NCBI GenBank assembly: GCA_035541475.1
Contig: DATKND010000172.1
Coordinates: 5,040 to 69,039, forward strand
DNA: 64,000 nt
From: Myxococcota bacterium
GTDB lineage: Bacteria; Myxococcota_A; UBA9160; SMWR01
Direction: 5' to 3'
The notes below the pieces were generated by a model. The model saw only the letters and a list, made by a program, of their open reading frames with translations, made no database searches and had not been told where the DNA came from. Position 1 is the stretch's first letter. Every line of letters begins with the position of its first letter. The position numbers were made by a program, and so were the translations under genes. Positions 58,472 to 64,000 of this stretch are shown here, piece by piece.

Positions 58472-60916
58472 TCATAGCATGCTCCACGGATCGACGTCCA
58501 CGCTGGCCTGCACCTCCCGCGCGCAGCTTCGCGCGGCCTGCGAGAGCGCCGCACCGGCGCGCCGCGCCGTCGCGGTGCCCCCGGCGACGAGCAGCTGCAT
58601 GCGATGGCGTCCGCGCAGGCGCGCGAGCGGAGCCGGCGCGGGACCCAGACGTGAGTAGTCGTCGGCGCCGTCGGCCGCCTCGTCGGCGATGCGCGCCAGC
58701 GACTCCGCTGCGCGTCGCGCGGCCTCCTCGTCCTCGCTCTGGACGAGGGCCTGCACCAGCCGGCGGAAGGGCGGCAGGCCGAGTGCGGCCCGCTGCGCGA
58801 TCTCCTCGGCGTAGAAGGACTCGTAGTCGTGCTCGCGCACCGGCCGGATCGCGTAGTGCCCGGGCACGAACGTCTGGATCACGACACGGCCGGGCGTCGC
58901 GTCGCGGCCGGCGCGTCCCGCGACCTGCGTGAGCAGCTGGAAGGTGCGCTCCGCGGCCCGGAAATCCGGCATGTGGAGGCCGACGTCCGCGGCCACCACG
59001 CCGACCAGGCGCACGCCCGGGAAGTCGTGGCCCTTGGCGACCATCTGCGTGCCAACCAGCACGTCGATCCGGCGCGCGCGCAGGTCGGCGAGCACGCGCT
59101 GCGCGACGCCGCGTCGCGCCGCGGCGTCGCGATCGAGTCGCGCGATGCGCGCCTCGGGAAAGCTGGCGCGCACCTCCTCCTCGACGCGCTCGGTCCCGAT
59201 CCCGAGCAGCGCGGTCTCGGGCGCGCCGCAGCCCCGGCAGGCATCCGGCGGCTTCTCGCAGTGGTCGCAGTAGTGGCAGCGCAGCGAGCCTTCGCGCGCA
59301 TGGAAGACGAGCGCGAGGTCGCAGTGCGGGCAGCGCTCGGCGTGTCCGCACTCGAAGCAGAGCACGCGCGTCGAGAAGCCGCGGCGGTTGAGGAAGAGGA
59401 TCGTCTGGCCGCCCTCGGCGAGCACCTCGGCCATCGCGCGCCGCAGCACGCGCGAGAGCACGAGCTTGCGCCCGCGCGGCGCGTCGGCGCGCTCGCGCGC
59501 GAGGTCGACGATCTCCACCGCCGGGAGCGGGCGTCCGCCGATCCGCCGCGGCAACGAGAGACGGCGCACGCGGCCCTGGTCGGCGGCGTAGCGGCTCTCG
59601 AGCGACGGCGTCGCCGACCCGAGCACCAGCGGGCAGCCCGCGTGCGCGGCGCGCCGCCCCGCGAGCTCGCGCGCGTGGTAGCGGAAGCCCTCCTCGTTCT
59701 TGTACGCGCCGTCGTGTTCCTCGTCGATCACGATCACGCCGAGGTTCTCGAGCGGCGCGAAGAGCGCCGAGCGCGCGCCGACGGCGATCGGCGCCGCGCC
59801 GCTCGCGAGCCGCTGCCACTGGAGGCTGCGCTCGCCGGGGCGGAGCGCGCTGTGGAGCACGGCGAGCGCGTCGCCGAAGCGCGCGCGCAGCCTGGCCACG
59901 ATCTGGTGGGTGAGCGTGATCTCGGGCACGAGCACCAGCGCCTGGCGGCCGAGTCTCAGCGCGGCTTCCACCGCCCGCAGATACACCTCGGTCTTGCCGC
60001 TGCCGGTCACGCCGTGGAGCAGGAAGGTCTCCGCGCGGCGCTCGCGTACCGCGGCCTCGATCGGCAGGAGCGCGCGCGCCTGATCGGGCGAGAGCTCGAC
60101 GGCGCGGTCCGCCTCGCGCGCCTCGCCGAAGACGTCGCGCTCGGCCGGGCGGTCGGCGATCTGGACCAGCCCGCGTCGCGCGAGCTGACGCGCGAGGCTC
60201 GCATCGAACACGGGCGCGAGCTTCGCGAGCGGCGTCTCGCCGCCGGTCGCGAGGTGTCGCAGCAGCGCGGCCTGGCGCGGCGCGCGCGCGAGCGACGCCA
60301 GCGCTGCCTCGAGGTGGACGCCGGCCGCGAGCGAGACGCAACGCACCTGGGGCGGACGCGCGCCCGGCTTCTCGCCGACGCGCACCTGCGTCACGAGCGC
60401 ATCGCGCTCGAGGCGCTGCCAGAGCGCCGCGTTCAGGCCGCTGGCCTCGAGCTCGCGCAGCGCGATGCCGCCCTCGGCGAGGCGCGCGAGCGCCTCGCGC
60501 TCCGCGCCGCGGGCGGCGCCCGACTCGAGCGCCGCGCGCCCGCGCGGCGTGAGGACGAGCCCCGTCCGCGCGCGCGGCGCGCTGCCCGGCGGCAGCGCCG
60601 CCGCGAGCGCGAGGCCGATCGGGCACAGGAACTCGGCGGCCGCCTCGCGTAGGATCTCGAGCATCGAGGGTGACAGGGCCGGCAGCGGATCGAGCACGCG
60701 TTCGAGCTGGCGCAGCCGCGCGATCGGCGCGTCGGAGAGCTCGATCACGACGCCGACCAGATGCCGCTGTCGGAAGGGGACGAGCACGCGGCAGCCGGGC
60801 CGCGGCGCATCGGGGAGCGAGTCCGGCACCGCGTAGTCGAACAGCGAATCGAGCGGCAGCGGCAGCGCCACGCGCACGACGGCGCTGCGGGGGGCCGCGA
60901 ACAGGGGCTCGGTCAT
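58472..60916 (-). CDS. priA: primosomal replication-restart helicase PriA
   Basis: Within ORF 58472..61186, with ATG at 60916. Walker A GVTGSGKTEVY, DEEH box VIVIDEEHD, zinc-binding CPHC..CHYC..CRGC. Confidence 0.9.
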   Translation of the reverse strand: MTEPLFAAPRSAVVRVALPLPLDSLFDYAVPDSLPDAPRPGCRVLVPFRQRHLVGVVIELSDAPIARLRQLERVLDPLPALSPSMLEILREAAAEFLCPIGLALAAALPPGSAPRARTGLVLTPRGRAALESGAARGAEREALARLAEGGIALRELEASGLNAALWQRLERDALVTQVRVGEKPGARPPQVRCVSLAAGVHLEAALASLARAPRQAALLRHLATGGETPLAKLAPVFDASLARQLARRGLVQIADRPAERDVFGEAREADRAVELSPDQARALLPIEAAVRERRAETFLLHGVTGSGKTEVYLRAVEAALRLGRQALVLVPEITLTHQIVARLRARFGDALAVLHSALRPGERSLQWQRLASGAAPIAVGARSALFAPLENLGVIVIDEEHDGAYKNEEGFRYHARELAGRRAAHAGCPLVLGSATPSLESRYAADQGRVRRLSLPRRIGGRPLPAVEIVDLARERADAPRGRKLVLSRVLRRAMAEVLAEGGQTILFLNRRGFSTRVLCFECGHAERCPHCDLALVFHAREGSLRCHYCDHCEKPPDACRGCGAPETALLGIGTERVEEEVRASFPEARIARLDRDAAARRGVAQRVLADLRARRIDVLVGTQMVAKGHDFPGVRLVGVVAADVGLHMPDFRAAERTFQLLTQVAGRAGRDATPGRVVIQTFVPGHYAIRPVREHDYESFYAEEIAQRAALGLPPFRRLVQALVQSEDEEAARRAAESLARIADEAADGADDYSRLGPAPAPLARLRGRHRMQLLVAGGTATARRAGAALSQAARSCAREVQASVDVDPWSML

Positions 60917-61646
60917 GACGGGATTGTATGCAGCGAGACCGGGACGTCGCCGTGCGGACGCGCGCGTCGAGGTGCGCGAGAGCCGCAACGGTCGCGCGCT
61001 GCGCGTCGACGGCACGTTCGCCTCGTGGTATGTGCCGGGCCGCTCGCACACCGGATCGGTCTGGGACGCCCTCGTCGCGCCGCTCTGCTGGCTGCCGCCG
61101 TCGCGCCGGCGCGCCGTGCTCGTGCTGGGCCTCGGAGCGGGCAGCGCGGCGCGCCTCGTCCGAGCGATCGCGCCGCGCGCCCGCATCGTCGGCGTCGAGC
61201 GCAGCGCGGGGGTGCTGCGCGCCGCGCGGCACCACTTCGACCTCGACGCGCTCGGCGTGGAGGTCGTGCACGCGGACGCGCGCGAGTACCTGGCGCAGAG
61301 CCGCGCGCACTACGACGCCGTGATCGAGGACCTCTTCGTCGGGACGGCGCGCAGCGTGCGGAAACCCGATTGGGTGCTCGAGGCGGGCCTGGCCGCCGCC
61401 GCGCGGCGCCTGCACCCCGGAGGCCTGCTGGTCGCCAACTCGATCGACGAGACCGCGGAGGTCGCGCGCGCGCTCGCGAAGGAGTTCCCGGCGCGCGCGC
61501 TGCTGCGCGTCGCGGGCTGGGACAACGGCATCCTGGTGGGAGGGCCGTCGGGGCTCGACGCGCGCTCGCTGCGCGCCGCGGTGTCGGCGTCGCCGGCGCT
61601 CTCGGCGTCGCTGCGGCGACTCTCGTTCCGCGGGCTGCCGCGCTAG
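60915..61646 (+). CDS. class I SAM-dependent methyltransferase, spermidine-synthase-like
   Basis: 243 aa. VLVLGLGAGSAAR (SAM motif I), VGVERS, and a DLF acidic loop. The ATG overlaps the divergent priA ATG. Alternative GTG at 60972. Confidence 0.7.
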   Translation: MTGLYAARPGRRRADARVEVRESRNGRALRVDGTFASWYVPGRSHTGSVWDALVAPLCWLPPSRRRAVLVLGLGAGSAARLVRAIAPRARIVGVERSAGVLRAARHHFDLDALGVEVVHADAREYLAQSRAHYDAVIEDLFVGTARSVRKPDWVLEAGLAAAARRLHPGGLLVANSIDETAEVARALAKEFPARALLRVAGWDNGILVGGPSGLDARSLRAAVSASPALSASLRRLSFRGLPR

Positions 61647-61681
61647 CAGGTTCCGGAAGAAGGCTCGCGCAGGTCGCGGAG

Positions 61682-61745
61682 GGGGCGAGGCAGAAGTCCC
61701 CTGCGGCGGCCATCTGTTCCTCCTCGGGGACCTCTGCCTCGCCCC
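61682..61745. terminator. long imperfect inverted repeat between convergent genes (bidirectional terminator candidate)
   Basis: GGGGCGAGGCAGAAGTCCCC (61682-61701) pairs with GGGGACCTCTGCCTCGCCCC (61727-61745 region) with one bulge and a ~25-nt loop. No U-tract. Confidence 0.4.
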
Positions 61746-61760
61746 TACCTCGGCCAGCTG

Positions 61761-62582
61761 CTAGCGGCCTTCTGCCAGGAACTGCATCACGGTGCGGTTC
61801 CAGATCGGTGCCGCCTCCACCATCACGAGGTGCGCGGCGCCCGGCACCACCACGAGGCGTGAGTGTCGGATGCCGGCCGCGAGCTCGCGGTGCAGCTTCG
61901 GCGGCGTCAGCAGGTCGTCGGCTCCGCACAAGATCAAGGTCGGCTGCGCGATCTCGGACAGGCGCGCGAGCGCGTCGTGGCCGAGGCAGGCGTCGCACTG
62001 GCGCGCGAACAGCTCGGCTGAGAGCGGCGCGCCGTCGCGCGTGAAGAACTCGATCATCGACTCGATCAGATCCGTCTGCGCGATCGTGTCGTCGTGCGCG
62101 GTCCAGAGCAGGCGGTCGCGCACCATGGCTGACAGCGGCACGTCGGCGCGCGCGAGCTCGCGCCATTGCTCGAGCAGCAGGCGGCGCTTGGCGTCCGCGC
62201 GCGCATAGCTCCCCATCAGCACGAGCCGCTCGACCCGCTGCGGGTGCCGCAGCGCCAGCTCCTGCGCGACCATGCCGCCCATGAACGCGCCGCCGACGTC
62301 CGCGCGCGGCAGGTCGAGCGCATCGAGCAGCGCGGCGGCGGTGTCTGCGAGGTCCGCCGTCGTGAAGGGACCTTCCCGCGGCTCGCTACCGCCGACGCCG
62401 GGGTAGTCGAAGATCAAGGTCGCGCGCTCGCGCGAGAACTCGGGCACCTGGAGCGGCAGCCATCCGCGGCACGAGCCGCCAATTCCGATCGCGAGCAGGA
62501 ACGGCGGGCCCGCCTGCCGGTGTCCGTGGAGCTCGTAGTAGAGCTTGCGGCCGTGAACCACTACATGCGGCACACGCCCCAT
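61761..62582 (-). CDS. alpha/beta-hydrolase-fold protein with the nucleophile serine replaced by Phe
   Basis: 273 aa. The nucleophile elbow reads VGGAFMGGMVA instead of G-x-S-x-G. The Asp (CGADDLLTP) and His (PGAAHLVMVE) positions are retained. Confidence 0.8.
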   Translation of the reverse strand: MGRVPHVVVHGRKLYYELHGHRQAGPPFLLAIGIGGSCRGWLPLQVPEFSRERATLIFDYPGVGGSEPREGPFTTADLADTAAALLDALDLPRADVGGAFMGGMVAQELALRHPQRVERLVLMGSYARADAKRRLLLEQWRELARADVPLSAMVRDRLLWTAHDDTIAQTDLIESMIEFFTRDGAPLSAELFARQCDACLGHDALARLSEIAQPTLILCGADDLLTPPKLHRELAAGIRHSRLVVVPGAAHLVMVEAAPIWNRTVMQFLAEGR

Positions 62583-62600
62583 CTTATAGGGCCGTGCGCC

Positions 62601-63191
62601 CTACTTGCTCATCTGCTTCAGGTCCTGGAGGATCGACCGCGCGACCGCCTTCAAGGTCTCGAACACGCCCTTGCCGCTGGTGGCGCAGGCCTCGAATTCG
62701 GGGACGCCCTTCGGGTTCAGCAGCTTCTTCATCTGCGCGAGCGGCGCTGCGTTCGGCAGGTCGCGCTTGTTGTACTGGATCACGAACGGCGTGCGATCGA
62801 GGTCGGCGCCCTGCTCCTGGAGGTTGATGCGCAGGTTGTCGAGGCTCTCGACGTTGGCCTCCATGCGCTCGTTCTGGCTGTCGGCCACGAACACCACGCC
62901 GTCGACGCCCTTCAGGATCAGCTTGCGGCTGGCGTCGTAGAAAACCTGGCCGGGCACCGTGTAGAGGTGGAAGCGCGTCTTGAAGCCGCGGATCTGTCCG
63001 AGCGCAAGCGGCAGGAAATCGAAGAAGAGCGTGCGCTCCGTCTCGGTCGCGAGCGAGATCATCTTCCCCTTCAGATCGGGGTTGGTCTTGTTGTAGATCC
63101 ACTGCAGGTTGGTCGTCTTGCCGCACAGTCCCGGCCCGTAGTAGACGATCTTGCAGTTGATCTCGCGCGAGGAGTAGTTGATGAACGACAT
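62601..63191 (-). CDS. mglA: Ras-like polarity/motility GTPase MglA
   Basis: 196 aa. [30 protein letters not shown]...[35 protein letters not shown]...[10 protein letters not shown] is nearly collinear with Myxococcus MglA. Confidence 0.95.
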   Translation of the reverse strand: MSFINYSSREINCKIVYYGPGLCGKTTNLQWIYNKTNPDLKGKMISLATETERTLFFDFLPLALGQIRGFKTRFHLYTVPGQVFYDASRKLILKGVDGVVFVADSQNERMEANVESLDNLRINLQEQGADLDRTPFVIQYNKRDLPNAAPLAQMKKLLNPKGVPEFEACATSGKGVFETLKAVARSILQDLKQMSK

Positions 63192-63202
63192 TCAGGTGGA
63201 GC

Positions 63203-63691
63203 TCACGAAGAGAACAGGTTGTCGATGTCGTCGTCGGTGATCTCGGCGAACGGCGTGTTGCCCTTCGCCTGCTCCTGGTCGGTCTTCTTCTGCAGCTCCT
63301 CGAAGATGCGAGCGAGCTCGCCGCCGGCCTTCTTGACGCGCAGGCGCACGAGTCCGAGCGAGGAGCGGTCGTCGAAGACCACGACCAGGATGGTGCGACT
63401 CGACACCAGGGTGATGTGCAGGTTGTCGCGCTGACCCTGGTGGAAGTGGACCGGGAAGTCCTCTTCGCCGACTAGCTTCGCGAGCCCGCCCGTCGCGGCG
63501 ATGCAGCCGGCGGTCAGCGACGCGAGGCTCGTCGTGTCGATGCCGCGCAGCTCGCCGGCCTCACCGATCAGCTGGCCGTTGCGATCGACCACGAAGACAC
63601 CCTTGGCGTTGGCGTCGCGCACGAGGCGCTGGATCACCTGGAGGATCCGGCGGTAGTCCTCGTCGTACATCACGAGCTGGGCGCTGCGCAT
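63203..63691 (-). CDS. mglB: MglB (Roadblock/LC7-fold GAP of MglA)
   Basis: 162 aa. LVMYDEDYRRILQVIQRLVRDANAKGVFVVDRNGQLI, with an acidic C-terminal tail. Lies 11 nt upstream of mglA. Confidence 0.9.
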   Translation of the reverse strand: MRSAQLVMYDEDYRRILQVIQRLVRDANAKGVFVVDRNGQLIGEAGELRGIDTTSLASLTAGCIAATGGLAKLVGEEDFPVHFHQGQRDNLHITLVSSRTILVVVFDDRSSLGLVRLRVKKAGGELARIFEELQKKTDQEQAKGNTPFAEITDDDIDNLFSS

Positions 63692-63821
63692 GACGCAATT
63701 GCCTCGCTAGCGGCGCGGAATCACACGGCTTTCTGCGAATCTACCTCGCGCGGCGACCGCTTGTCGATCTCGCACTGGCGGTCTAGTTCGGCGCGCCGCG
63801 CGCCCGCCTTTATCGCCATCT

Positions 63822-64000
63822 CTAGATCGCTCGCCGGTTCTCGATGCAGATGCCGACGGTCACGTGGTCGGCGTACTCGAGGTCGCCGCCGAGCGGCATG
63901 CCGTAGGCAATCCGCGTGAGCCGCACGCCGAGCGGGCGCAGCCGCTCGGAGAGGTAGTGGGCGGTCGCGTCGCCCTCCGCGTTCGGATTGGTCGCGAGCA
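63822..64000 (-). CDS. recR: recombination protein RecR (5' end cut by window edge)
   Basis: Not in the ORF track. My minus-strand translation reads [58 protein letters not shown]-stop, the RecR Toprim/C-terminal region. Confidence 0.85.
   Translation of the reverse strand, partial: LATNPNAEGDATAHYLSERLRPLGVRLTRIAYGMPLGGDLEYADHVTVGICIENRRAI

Noticed and set aside
58308-61415. 1035-aa minus-strand ORF in an alternative frame of priA
   Set aside because: Arg/Ala-rich. The 58472..60916 frame has Walker A, DEEH and zinc-finger motifs of PriA.

Overview
Very GC-rich chromosomal segment. GC was not computed, but third codon positions are almost all G/C, and this produces many long spurious Arg/Ala/Pro-rich ORFs in wrong frames. 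The gene content looks Myxococcota/deltaproteobacteria-like: MglA/MglB polarity GTPase module, alternative complex III actABCDEF, and an N-type-like ATPase. I support about 58 protein genes, 2 tRNAs (Asn-GTT, Pro-CGG), a few hairpin/terminator candidates and two small repeats. I saw no rRNA, CRISPR array, transposase, integrase or phage genes. Most genes are housekeeping: hisS, topB, purU, wecB, kdsB, pfp, greA, ridA, rpe, rsmB, fmt, def, priA, recR. Many neighbours are translationally coupled through 4-nt ATGA/GTGA/TTGA overlaps. The features most worth a second look are listed here. (1) A 1698-aa, cysteine-paired DUF1302-like outer-membrane protein, with a convergent DUF1329 LolA-like partner and a head-to-head two-component system. 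(2) A delta-less ATPase operon with a two-carboxylate c subunit, whose gene order (c-b-alpha-gamma-beta-epsilon-AtpQ-like-a) is a circular permutation of the N-ATPase order and has no atpR. (3) A 623-bp ORF-free region ending in a strong terminator 14 nt before purU. (4) A 27-nt direct repeat bracketing the response-regulator gene. (5) An adenylate cyclase coupled to two lipoproteins. (6) Several predicted pseudoenzymes: an alpha/beta hydrolase without its nucleophile, an MBL fold without its His motif, and an M28-like protein without metal ligands. (7) fmt, whose conserved N-terminus has no canonical start codon and is in frame with the def stop. All family assignments come from reading motifs by eye; no database search was run.
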